From Myxococcales bacterium (GTDB lineage: Bacteria; Myxococcota; Myxococcia; Myxococcales; Anaeromyxobacteraceae): a stretch of 24,515 bases of DNA. A model generated the notes under the pieces. It was not told where the DNA came from. It searched no databases and worked only from the letters and a program-made list of their open reading frames with translations. Made by a program: the position numbers and the translations under genes. Shown here in pieces: positions 9,861 through 22,153 of the stretch; positions within the stretch are counted from its first letter, which is position 1; every line of letters starts with the position of its first letter. The stretch is taken from positions 1 through 24,515 of the forward strand of contig JBBQEB010000047.1 of the NCBI GenBank assembly GCA_038320275.1, written 5' to 3'.

Positions 9861-12807
9861 CCCCGCCCGTGCCGAAACTGCCCATCTACGGCCAGCCCTC
9901 GTCGGACGGCCGGCGGCACTGGCAAAGCCTGGATGCCCTGGCCGCCGAGCCCGCCACCGCTCCTTCTCCCGAGTTCCCGGAAGGCGCCGATTCGCCGCCC
10001 GATGGCCTCGCCCGACGAACGTTCCTGCAGATCCTGGGGGCGTCCACCGCGCTCGCGTCCCTCGATGCCTGCCGGCCGCCCCGCCAGAAGATCATCCCCT
10101 ACGTGCGGCCTCCCGAGAAGCCGCTTCTCCCCAACACCGCCGTCCATTACGCCAGCGCGCTCACGCTCAACGGCTACGCCACGGGCGTGCTCGTCACGAG
10201 CTATGACGGGCGGCCCACCAAGGTGGAGGGCAATCCGGACCACCCCTCCAGCCTCGGCGGGGTGGGGATGCACGAGCTCGCGACGCTGCTCGACCTGTAC
10301 GACCCGCGGCGCGCCAAAGGCTTCCGGAGGGGGCAGAGCACGCTCGCGTACCGCTCGCTCCTGCGCGAGCTCTCGGCCCTCGCCGCGACGCACCAGGCCG
10401 ACGGAGGGGCTCGGCTGCGGTTCCTTCTCGGCGCGAATGCCTCGCCGCTGCTGGCGGAGCTGAAGAAGCGCATCCAGCAGCGGTTCCCCCGCGCGCGCTT
10501 TCATGCCTACGAGGCCGCGGGCCATGATGCCGAGCGCGAGGGCGCTCGCCTCGCCTTCGGACGGGCGCTCGACGTGCGGCACCGGCTGGACGAGGCGCGG
10601 GTGCTGCTCTCGCTCGACGCCGACTTCCTGTGCCACGGGCCGGATGGGCTGAGGCTCGCGCGCGAGTTCTCCGCGCACCGGGAGAGCGGCCCCGAGATGA
10701 GCCGGCTCTATGTCGCGGAGGCGCATCTCTCCGTCACCGGGGCGGCCGCCGATCATCGCTTCCGGCTGAAGCCCTCCGAGGTCCTCGGCTTCGGGCGCGC
10801 GGTGGCGGCGCGCCTCGCCTCAACCCACGGCCTGGGCGCGCTCGCGCCCCTGGTTGGACCGACGCGGCTCGCCAGGGAGGCGAACGCGGTCGCGGACGAC
10901 CTCTTCCGGTCGCGCGGCAGGTCGCTCGTGCTGGCAGGCTCGCGGCAGCCCGCGGCGGTCCATGCGCTCGCGCATGCGCTCAACGCCGCGCTCGGGAACG
11001 CCGGCCGCACCGTCGAGTACGCGCCGGCAGTCTACGACGAGGCCACTGGCCCCGGAGAGCTCGCGGCACTGGCGGCCGACGCGGCAGCCGGCAAGATCGA
11101 CACGCTCGTCATCACCGCCGCCAATCCCGTCTACACCGCTCCGGGCGACGTGGATCTGGCGGCTGCCCTCGCCAAGGTCCCCAACACCATCTACCTCGCG
11201 CTGCGCGAGGACGAGACCTCGCCCCGCTGCACCTGGAACCTCGCGGCCGCGCACCCCTTCGAGACCTGGGGCGACGCGAGGGGTCACGACGGCACCGTCT
11301 CCATCGTACAGCCGCTCATCCAGCCGCTCTTCGAGAGCCTCTCCGAGGTCGAGGTCCTCGCCAGCTTCGTCGATGCCGCCGACGCGGGCGCCTGGACGAT
11401 CCTGCGCGAGAGCTGGCAGCGGCGACGCGGGGGTGGGAACTTCGCGGGCGACTGGGACAGGTGGCTCGCCCGCGGCGTGGTGCCCGACACTGCCACGGTG
11501 GCCGAGCCTGCCGCCCCGCGCTTCGACGCCGTCGCCGCCGCGGTGCGTGCGGCTCCGGCCTCCGCGGCAGGGCTGGAGGCGAGCTTCGTGCCGGACACGA
11601 AGCTCCTGGACGGGCGCTTCGCAGAGAACGCCTGGCTCCAGGAGCTCCCCGATCCGATCACGAAGATCACCTGGGACAACGCTGCCTACCTGGCGCCGGC
11701 CACGGCCAAGAAGCTCGGCGTGGAGAACGGCAGCAAGGTCGAGCTGAGGCTCGGCGGCAACAAGATCGAGGCGGCGGTCTGGACGGTGCCCGGCCACGCC
11801 GAGGACGTCGTCACCCTGCCGCTCGGCTATGGGCGGCGACGTGCCGGGCCCGTGGGCACCGGCGTGGGGTTCGACGTGGCCCCGCTCCGCACCGCGGCCA
11901 CACCCTGGTTTGCGCCCGGCCTCGCGGTGGCTCCCCTGGGGCGGGCGAAGCACGCCTTCGCGCCGACGCAGGAGCACTTCTCCATGGAGGGGCGCGACAT
12001 CGCGCTCCTCTTCGACGCCAAGGCGTTCGGGCCGGAGAAGATCGAGCATCTCCGCGGCCCCGTCCCGACGATCCAGAAGCCCGTCGATTACTCCAAGGAG
12101 CCGTACAAGTGGGGGATGGGCATCGACCTCACCAAGTGCACGGGGTGCTCGTCCTGCGCGGTCGCGTGCCAGGCCGAGAACAACATCCCGGTGGTGGGCA
12201 AGGAGCAGGTGCTGCGCAGCCGCGAGATGAACTGGCTCCGCATCGACCGCTACTTCACCGGCAGCCCCGAGGACCCGCAGCTCGTCGCGCAGCCGATGAT
12301 GTGCCAGCACTGCGAGACCGCGCCCTGCGAGTACGTCTGTCCCGTGAACGCCACCGTCCACTCGGACGAGGGGCTGAACGAGATGGTCTACAACCGCTGC
12401 GTCGGGACGCGGTACTGCTCCAACAACTGCCCGTACAAGGTTCGCCGCTTCAACTTCCTCGATTACCGCGGCGACATGTCGCCCACCGAGAAGATGGTGA
12501 TGAACCCGGACGTCACGGTGCGCACGCGCGGCGTGATGGAGAAGTGTAGCTACTGCGTGCAGCGCATCGAGCGCGCACGCATCGGGTCGAGGGTAGAAGG
12601 CCGCAAGATCAAGGACGGTGAGTTCACCACCGCCTGCGCCCAGGCCTGCCCAGCCAATGCCATCGTCTTCGGCAACCTGGCGGATCCCGAGTCGGCCGTC
12701 TCCAAGCTGCACCAGAGCGAGCGGCGGTATGACGTGCTCCACGAGCTCGGCACCCGCCCCCGCACCGCGTACCTCGTCCGCCTCCGCAACCCGAACCCCG
12801 AGCTGAC

Positions 12808-12811
<4 letters not shown>
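9848..12811 (+). CDS. actB: Alternative complex III subunit ActB (molybdopterin-oxidoreductase-like domain fused to Fe-S domain), 987 aa
   Basis: Extended N-terminus with WQSL, then Tat motif RRTFLQ and a lipoprotein-like Cys (ASLDAC). [13 protein letters not shown] and [18 protein letters not shown]. Fe-S motifs [37 protein letters not shown] (3Fe-4S type) and CSYC...CAQACP. Confidence 0.95.
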
Positions 12812-14247
<1,436 letters not shown>

Positions 14248-14249
14248 GC

Positions 14250-14777
14250 ATGGCCACCTACGTGCTCGCGGAGTTCAAGGACGAGGCGGCGCTCTGCGCC
14301 GCCGCCCGGCGCATGCGGGAGCTGGGGCAGAAACAGCTCGACGCCTACTCGCCGGTGCCGGTGCACGGCATCGACGAGGCGCTGGGGCTGCCGAAGTCGA
14401 AGGTTCCGCTCATCGCGCTCATCGGCGGTCTGTCGGGCGCGGTCGGCGGATACGTCATGCAGTGGTGGATGAACGGGGTGGACTACCCCCTCAACGTCGC
14501 CAACCGCGGCGCCCACGCGCCCCCCGCCAACATCCCCATCACCTTCGAGTCGGCCATCCTGCTGGCCTCCATCGCCATCGTGCTGGCGGTCATCCTGCTC
14601 TCCGGGCTGCCCCGTCTCCACCACCCGGTGTTCGACGTGGAGGGCTTCCGCACCGCGTCGCTCGACGGCCTGTGGCTCTCGGCCGAGGTGCCCGCGGCCG
14701 AGGGCGAGGGCGTCGTCCGCGAGCTCCAGAAGCTCGGCGCGACCCAGGTCGAACGCGTGGCGGAGGAGCAGCGATGA
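14250..14777 (+). CDS. actD: Alternative complex III subunit ActD (DUF3341), 175 aa
   Basis: MATYVLAEF...DAYSPVPVHGIDEALG, two TM helices, DYPLNV, PITFE and GLPRLHHPVF. ATG at 14250 with SD GGAGG upstream; this is the C-terminal part of ORF 13089..14777. Confidence 0.92.
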   Translation: MATYVLAEFKDEAALCAAARRMRELGQKQLDAYSPVPVHGIDEALGLPKSKVPLIALIGGLSGAVGGYVMQWWMNGVDYPLNVANRGAHAPPANIPITFESAILLASIAIVLAVILLSGLPRLHHPVFDVEGFRTASLDGLWLSAEVPAAEGEGVVRELQKLGATQVERVAEEQR

Positions 14778-15352
14778 GCCGCTCCATGCGCACGGCCGCG
14801 CTGGTCGCGCTGGCGTCGCTCGCCGGCTGCGAGGCGCTCGACCCCATGATGTCCCAGCAGAAGGTGAAGGCCTATCGCGAGAGCGACTTCTGGCCCGACC
14901 GCATCTCCATGCGCCCGCCGCAGCCCTCCACCGTTTCACGGGAGGACATGATGGCGCCCGAGCTCGCCACCGGCCGGAGCGCGGACGGCAAGGTGCTGAC
15001 GCGGGTGCCGCTGGCGGTGGACCGCAAGCTCCTCGACCACGGCCGCAAGAACTTCGACATCTACTGCGCCGTCTGTCACGGGCAGCTCGGCGACGGCGTG
15101 AGCCTCGTCGCGCGCAACATGTCGGTCCGGCCGCCGCCCTCGCTCCTCACCCGGGCCGCTCAGCCCGACGGCTGGTATTTCCAGGTGATGTCGGAGGGCT
15201 TCGGCGTGATGCCCTCCTACGCCAGCGCGCTCACCGTGCAGGACCGCTGGGCCATCGTCGCCTACCTGCGGGCGCTGCAGCTCAGCCAGACGTACCGCGC
15301 GGATCGGCTCGCGCCCGAGGACCGGGCGCGGCTGGCAGGGGAGAGGCGATGA
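14774..15352 (+). CDS. actE: Alternative complex III monoheme cytochrome c lipoprotein ActE, 192 aa
   Basis: Lipobox LAGC, M..Q.K, single CAVCH, G.GVMPSY and DRWAIVAYLRALQ. ATGA overlap with actD. Confidence 0.92.
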   Translation: MSRSMRTAALVALASLAGCEALDPMMSQQKVKAYRESDFWPDRISMRPPQPSTVSREDMMAPELATGRSADGKVLTRVPLAVDRKLLDHGRKNFDIYCAVCHGQLGDGVSLVARNMSVRPPPSLLTRAAQPDGWYFQVMSEGFGVMPSYASALTVQDRWAIVAYLRALQLSQTYRADRLAPEDRARLAGERR

Positions 15353-16542
15353 CGACCGCGAAGGCGATGCGCTTCGAAGGTGGCCGCAGCACCATGAGGC
15401 GCGCCCTCGCCCTCGCGGCGGGGGGGCTCGGGCTCACGCTCCTGGGTGGCTTCCTCGACCCGGATCGCGCGCTGAAGTCGTACCACGTGGCCTTCACCTA
15501 CTGGGCCGGCATCGCCATGGGCGCGCTCATCATCAACATGGCGTTCCAGGCCGGGAAGGCGAAGTGGTACGTGGTGGTGCGGCGGGTGCTCGAGACCATC
15601 CCGCTCTCCGGAGTCGTCCTCGCAGTGCTCTTCATTCCGGTGCTGCTCGGGGCGAGGCGCATTTTTCCGTGGGTCGATCCCTCCCACCTCCAGGGCGAGC
15701 TCCGCGAGCTCGCGGAGCACCGGCGTCCGTACCTCAACGTCCCGTTCTTCCTCGTCCGCACCGCCATCTACTTCGCCATCTGGCTGGGAGTGGCCTCGCT
15801 GCTTCACGGTTGGTCCGTGCGGCAGGACGTCGACGGTGGAACGGAGCTCACCGCGAAGCAGCGTCGGCTCGGTGCAGGCGCGCTCCCCTTCGTCGCGCTG
15901 GCGATGACCTTCGCCGCCTTCGACTGGCAGATGTCGCTCGACATGCACCTCGCCTCCACCATCTTCGGCCTCTACTACTTCGCGGGCTCGTTCCTGAGCG
16001 CCTTCGCGGTGCTCATCCTGGGGGTGAACGGCGGCTCGGCCGCGGAGGGCACGCCGGCCGGGTTGATGAACGAGAACCACTACCACTCGCTCGGAAAGTA
16101 CCTCCTCGCCTTCACCTGCTTCTGGGCCTACATCGCCTTCTCGCAGTTCCTGCTCATCTGGATCGCGAACCTGCCCGAGGAAGTTCCCTGGTACATCGCT
16201 CGCGGCAAGGGTGGATGGCTGCCCATGGGTGTCTTTCTCATCTTCGCCCACTTCGTGGTGCCCTTCTTCGTGCTGCTCTCGCGCAACCTCAAGCGCAACC
16301 CGCGCGCGCTCGGGTTCGTGGCGGTGTGGCTGCTCGTGGTGCACTACGTCGATGTCTACTGGGTGATGATGCCCGCCCTGCAGCACGGAGAGGGAGCCAC
16401 GCCGCACTGGACCGACCTCACCGCCGTCCTTGGCATCGGCGCTGCGGCGCTCGCCTTCGTGATCTGGCGGCTTCGCGGCGGCAACGCGGTGCCGGTGGGC
16501 GATCCCTACCTCGAGGAGTCGCTGAGGTACCACCCGTCATGA
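15349..16542 (+). CDS. actF: Alternative complex III membrane subunit ActF, 397 aa
   Basis: Polytopic. YLNVPFFLVR, FDWQMSLD.H..STIFG, H.LGKYL.AF..FWAYIAFSQFLLIW.ANLPEEV.WY and GDPYLEESL. Confidence 0.93.
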   Translation: MTTAKAMRFEGGRSTMRRALALAAGGLGLTLLGGFLDPDRALKSYHVAFTYWAGIAMGALIINMAFQAGKAKWYVVVRRVLETIPLSGVVLAVLFIPVLLGARRIFPWVDPSHLQGELRELAEHRRPYLNVPFFLVRTAIYFAIWLGVASLLHGWSVRQDVDGGTELTAKQRRLGAGALPFVALAMTFAAFDWQMSLDMHLASTIFGLYYFAGSFLSAFAVLILGVNGGSAAEGTPAGLMNENHYHSLGKYLLAFTCFWAYIAFSQFLLIWIANLPEEVPWYIARGKGGWLPMGVFLIFAHFVVPFFVLLSRNLKRNPRALGFVAVWLLVVHYVDVYWVMMPALQHGEGATPHWTDLTAVLGIGAAALAFVIWRLRGGNAVPVGDPYLEESLRYHPS

Positions 16543-16946
16543 TCGAAGCCCCTCCTCACGCGGCGCCGCACGGCGCCCCCGCGCACGACGCCGGCGCGCA
16601 CCCCCCCGCCGAGCTGGACGAGGTCCCGTCCAGGGCTATCGTCGGCGTTGGCGCGGCTGCGCTCCTCATCTTTCTCGTCGGTTCCTTGCTGGCCGGTTTC
16701 GGAATGCGGGCCGTTCGTCGATCGGTCAACCCGGACGGTGATCCGCCCCTGCCGACCGAGGCGGGCAAGGCCAAGATCGGCATGGTCGAGCAGCGCTTGT
16801 TCGAGCACGCGAACCAGGGAGTCGCCTGGCGTGAGCACGCGCGCAAGCGCCTCGACAACTACGGCTGGGTCGATCAGGGCAAGGGCGTCGCCCACATCCC
16901 CATCGACCGCGCCATGGACATGGTGGAGAAGGGGGTCCGGCCGTGA
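16539..16946 (+). CDS. actG: Alternative complex III subunit ActG-like single-TM protein, 135 aa
   Basis: One TM helix and the C-terminal signature L.NYGWVD..KGVAHIPIDRAM. Lies between actF and sco with ATGA and GTGA overlaps. Confidence 0.8.
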   Translation: MIEAPPHAAPHGAPAHDAGAHPPAELDEVPSRAIVGVGAAALLIFLVGSLLAGFGMRAVRRSVNPDGDPPLPTEAGKAKIGMVEQRLFEHANQGVAWREHARKRLDNYGWVDQGKGVAHIPIDRAMDMVEKGVRP

Positions 16947-17821
16947 GCCGCCGTCTCCTCGCGCTCGCCGCCACAGCCGCGCTCCTTCCGCTCGCCGCGC
17001 GCGCGCTGCCCATCGGTCAAGCCCTGCACCGCGCGGTGCCTCCCGAGGGCAACGCCCAGCTCCCACCCGCGCTCCAGAACGTGGACGTCGAGGAGAAGCT
17101 CGGGAGCCAGGTGCCGCTGGGCGGCCGCTTCACCGACCAGAACGGCAAGGCGGTGCGGCTCGGCGATCTCTTTCCCAAGGGCAAGCCCGTCGTCCTGTCA
17201 CTCGTCTACTACAACTGTCCCATGCTGTGCGGGCTCGTGCTCACCGGGCTCGCCCGCGGAATGCGCGAGTCTGGGCTCGAGCTCGGCAAGGACTTCGAGG
17301 CGGTCACGCTCTCCTTCGACCCGAGCGACACCACCCAGCTCGCCGCCGAGCGCCACCGCGGATACCTCCAGGCCTTCGGAAAGCCCGAGGCCTTCCGCGC
17401 CTGGACTTTCCTGACCGGCGCCGAACAGGAGATCAAGCCAGTCGCCGACGCGGTCGGCTTCCACTACGCGTACGACGAGCGGACGAAGCAGTTCGCGCAC
17501 GCCGCCGCCATCTTCGTCCTCACTCCCGAGGGGCATGTCTCCCGCTACCTCTACGGCGTCGAGTTCCCCTCCAAGGACGTGCGCCTGGCGGTGGTCGAGG
17601 CGAGCAAGGGCAAGGTGGGCACGAGCTTCGACCGCCTCCTGCTGACCTGCTACCGGTACGATCCCGCGAGCCGGAAGTACGAGCCCTACGCGCTCGGCTT
17701 CGTCCGCGTGGCGATGTTGGGGGTGCTGGGAGGGCTGGGGGTGATGCTGACCGTCTTCTGGCGGCGCGAGCTCAAGAGCAAGGGCGGCCGGCGCGGCGGG
17801 AGCGAGGGTGAAGGGCGATGA
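16943..17821 (+). CDS. SCO1/SenC family copper chaperone, 292 aa
   Basis: Signal peptide, YYNCPMLC (CxxxC), SFDP, WTFLTG, His ligand in FAHAAA, SRYLYG and a C-terminal TM anchor. Confidence 0.93.
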   Translation: MSRRLLALAATAALLPLAARALPIGQALHRAVPPEGNAQLPPALQNVDVEEKLGSQVPLGGRFTDQNGKAVRLGDLFPKGKPVVLSLVYYNCPMLCGLVLTGLARGMRESGLELGKDFEAVTLSFDPSDTTQLAAERHRGYLQAFGKPEAFRAWTFLTGAEQEIKPVADAVGFHYAYDERTKQFAHAAAIFVLTPEGHVSRYLYGVEFPSKDVRLAVVEASKGKVGTSFDRLLLTCYRYDPASRKYEPYALGFVRVAMLGVLGGLGVMLTVFWRRELKSKGGRRGGSEGEGR

Positions 17822-18844
17822 ACGAGATCATGCGCAGGATGCTGTTCCTCCCGGAGCAGGGCTCGGCCTACGCCGCCGAGGTGGACAAGCTCCACTACTT
17901 CGTCATCACCATCACGATGATCTCCGCCTTCGGCGTGGCCGCCGCGGCGCTGCTCCTCTTCATCCGCTACCGCCGGAAGTCGGACACGCAGACCACCGAG
18001 CGCGTCGAGCCGCGCGCGGTCCACGAGATCCTCTTCATCGGCGTCCCACTGGGCTTCTTCCTGCTCTGGTTCGCGATCGGCTTCCCACTGTTCGTGAAGC
18101 TCCACACGCCGCCCAAGGACGCCATGGACGTGTACGTCCAGGGCAAGAAGTGGATGTGGAAGTTTGCCTATCCGGGCGGCCCGAACGGCGTCGACGTGCT
18201 GCGCGTTCCGGCGGGGCGGCCGGTCCGGCTCCTCATCACCTCGCGCGACGTGATCCACTCCTTCTTCGTGCCCGACTTCCGGCTCAAGCAGGACGCAGTG
18301 CCGGGCCGCTACTCGGAGACCTGGTTCACCGCGTTGGCACCCGGGCGCCACCAGGTGTTCTGCGCGGAGTACTGCGGCATTGGCCACTCGGCCATGCTGG
18401 CCGAGATCATCAGCATGGATCCGGCCGAGTACGACACCTGGATCGCGGAGACGCGCCGCAACCCCACCACGGTCGCCGCACAGGACACGCCCGAGGACCG
18501 CCTCGACCCGCGCACGAGCTTGCCCGAGCAGGGCCGGCGGCTCTCGGCCGAGTACGGCTGCTTCAAGTGCCACACGGTCGATGGCACCCGGCACATCGGG
18601 CCCACCTGGCTCGATCTCTACCGCAAGACCGAGAAACTGAAGGACGGCAAGACCGTCCTTGCCGACGAGGCGTATCTCACCGAGTCGATGATGGATCCCG
18701 CCGCCAAGCTGGTCGCGGGCTACCAGAACGTGATGCCCACGTTCCAGGGCCGCATCCCGGCTCCGGAGATCGCGGCCATCGTCGAGTTCATCAAGTCCCT
18801 GCGCACCGACACCGTGCGCCCCGAGCCGTCGAAGGGCCCCGTCT

Positions 18845-20516
<1,672 letters not shown>

Positions 20517-20527
<11 letters not shown>

Positions 20528-21149
20528 GGGGTACGTCGCCCACCACTTCCCCAACCTGGCGCAGCAGGAGCACGCGGCGCGGCTCGGGATGTGGCTGTTC
20601 CTGACGACGGAGATCCTGCTCTTCACGGGCCTCTTCACCGCGTACGCGGTTTACCGCTTTCTCTTCCCGGAGGCGTTCGCCGAGGCGAGCCACCTCCTCA
20701 GCGCGCCGCTCGGCACGGTCAACACGGTCGTGCTCATCACCTCGTCGCTGACGGTGGCGCTGGCGTATCACTTCGCCCGCCACGGCGCGGGCCGGACCGC
20801 GGGCCTCCTGCTTCTCGCCACCCTCGCCTTCGCCGCAGCCTTCCTCGTCATCAAGGGCTTCGAGTGGACGCACGACATCCACGAGGGGCTGCTGCCCGGG
20901 CGCTATTTCATCTATCCCGAGTTCCACGCCGTGGGCGGGCCGATGTTCTTCACCCTCTACTTCCTCATGACGGGGCTGCACGGCATCCATGTAGTCATCG
21001 GCATGGCGGTGCTGGCCGTGATCGCCGTGCAGTGCTTCCGCGGCGCCTACGACCACGGCTACACCACCCCGGTCGAGCTGGGCGGAATGTACTGGCACCT
21101 CGTCGACCTCGTCTGGATCTTCCTCTACCCGCTGCTCTACCTCATCTGA
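20517..21149 (+). CDS. coxC: Cytochrome c oxidase subunit III (short form), 210 aa
   Basis: LGMWLFL..EILLF, NT.VLITSS, YFLMTGLHGIHV and YWHLVDLVWIFLYPLLYL. Confidence 0.95.
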
Positions 21150-21159
21150 ATCCCACGCC

Positions 21160-21636
21160 ATGGCGATCACGACCTCCCGAGACACCCACGTCCCGCACGG
21201 CGGCCCGGCAGGCGCGACGCGCTATTACGTGGTCTGGATCCTGCTCCTCGTCGGCACCGTGCTGACGTTCCTCACCTCGCGGATCCATCTCCCGTCGCCC
21301 TGGCACCTGCTTCTCGCCATGGCCATCGCGACAGGGAAGTCGGCGCTGGTGGTGCTCTTCTTCATGCACCTCTGGGATCACCCGGGGGCGAACCGAGTCG
21401 TGTTCGGGACCTCCCTCGTCTTCGTGGCGCTGCTCATCGGTCTCGTGCTGCTCGACAACGCTACCCGCTTCGTGTTGACCAACCCGGGGCACCGCGGGAC
21501 GCTGCAGATGGAGCCCCCCGGCCCCGACATCCTCACCCCGCGCGGCTGGCCCGAGCCGAGCCGGCGCCTCGACATGCCCGAGGCGGGGGAGCCCGGCCAC
21601 AGCGCGCCCGCGCCCTCGGGAGAGGGCCGGCAGTAG
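21160..21636 (+). CDS. coxD: Cytochrome c oxidase subunit IV family protein (CtaF/CyoD-like) with Pro-rich C-terminal extension, 158 aa
   Basis: Three TM helices and IA..K.ALVVLFFMHL; last gene of the operon. Confidence 0.88.
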   Translation: MAITTSRDTHVPHGGPAGATRYYVVWILLLVGTVLTFLTSRIHLPSPWHLLLAMAIATGKSALVVLFFMHLWDHPGANRVVFGTSLVFVALLIGLVLLDNATRFVLTNPGHRGTLQMEPPGPDILTPRGWPEPSRRLDMPEAGEPGHSAPAPSGEGRQ

Positions 21637-21664
21637 CCAGCCAGCCAGCCGAGTTAGCCAGCCG
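21634..21664 (+). repeat. AGCC tetranucleotide repeats; direct repeat TAGCCAGCC at 21-bp spacing
   Basis: T(AGCC)4 at 21634-21650, then GAGT, then TAGCCAGCCG at 21655-21664. Confidence 0.7.
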
Positions 21665-21718
21665 GGCTCTTTCCGAATCGCTGTTGCCCAGCCATGCCCC
21701 TGCCGGTACGCACACGGT

Positions 21719-22099
21719 ATGGGGAATTCGATCGGGCGGAAGACCTGGGCCATCGCGGAGGGCTGGATTCCGCCTGGCAGTACGGGGCCCGCGCCGGCGC
21801 TCCTGAGCCATGAGACGGCCTGCATCCTGAACGCGGGTGACGCGGACGCGCACGTTGCGCTGACGCTCTACTTCAAGGACCGCGAGCCTGCGGGGCCGTA
21901 CCGGGTCACCGTCCCGGCGCGGCGCACCCTGCACGTGCGCTTCAACGATCTGCGCGACCCGGAGCCCGTGCCGCTCGGCACCGACTACGCGAGCGTCATC
22001 ACCTCCGACGTTCCCATCGTGGTGCAGCACACCCGGCTCGACTCCAGGCAGGCCGAGCTGGCGCTCCTCAGCACCATCGCCTTCGCCGGGACCGAGTAG
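21719..22099 (+). CDS. Anabaena sensory rhodopsin transducer (ASRT) family protein, 126 aa
   Basis: Recognised family pattern IGRKTWAIAEGWIP...SHET.CILN....DAHV..T.YF.DREP.GPYR.TVPARRT.HVRFNDL.DPEP.P..TDYASVI.SDVPIVVQHTRLDSRQAE.ALLSTIAF; the length is typical of ASRT. Confidence 0.92.
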   Translation: MGNSIGRKTWAIAEGWIPPGSTGPAPALLSHETACILNAGDADAHVALTLYFKDREPAGPYRVTVPARRTLHVRFNDLRDPEPVPLGTDYASVITSDVPIVVQHTRLDSRQAELALLSTIAFAGTE

Positions 22100-22153
22100 C
22101 ACGAGCAACGCACCGCGGCCCGCCGGTGCGGGCCGCCGCAGGGAGGACGGATC

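Noticed and set aside
9848..12000. ActB as a catalytic molybdoenzyme (e.g. polysulfide or DMSO reductase)
   Set aside because: It lacks the N-terminal Cys cluster motif, and the full actA-G context identifies it as ACIII ActB, whose B1 domain is established to lack Mo cofactor.
21719..22099. Evidence for light sensing
   Set aside because: There is no 7-TM opsin or retinal-synthesis gene in the window; ASRT alone does not imply phototransduction.
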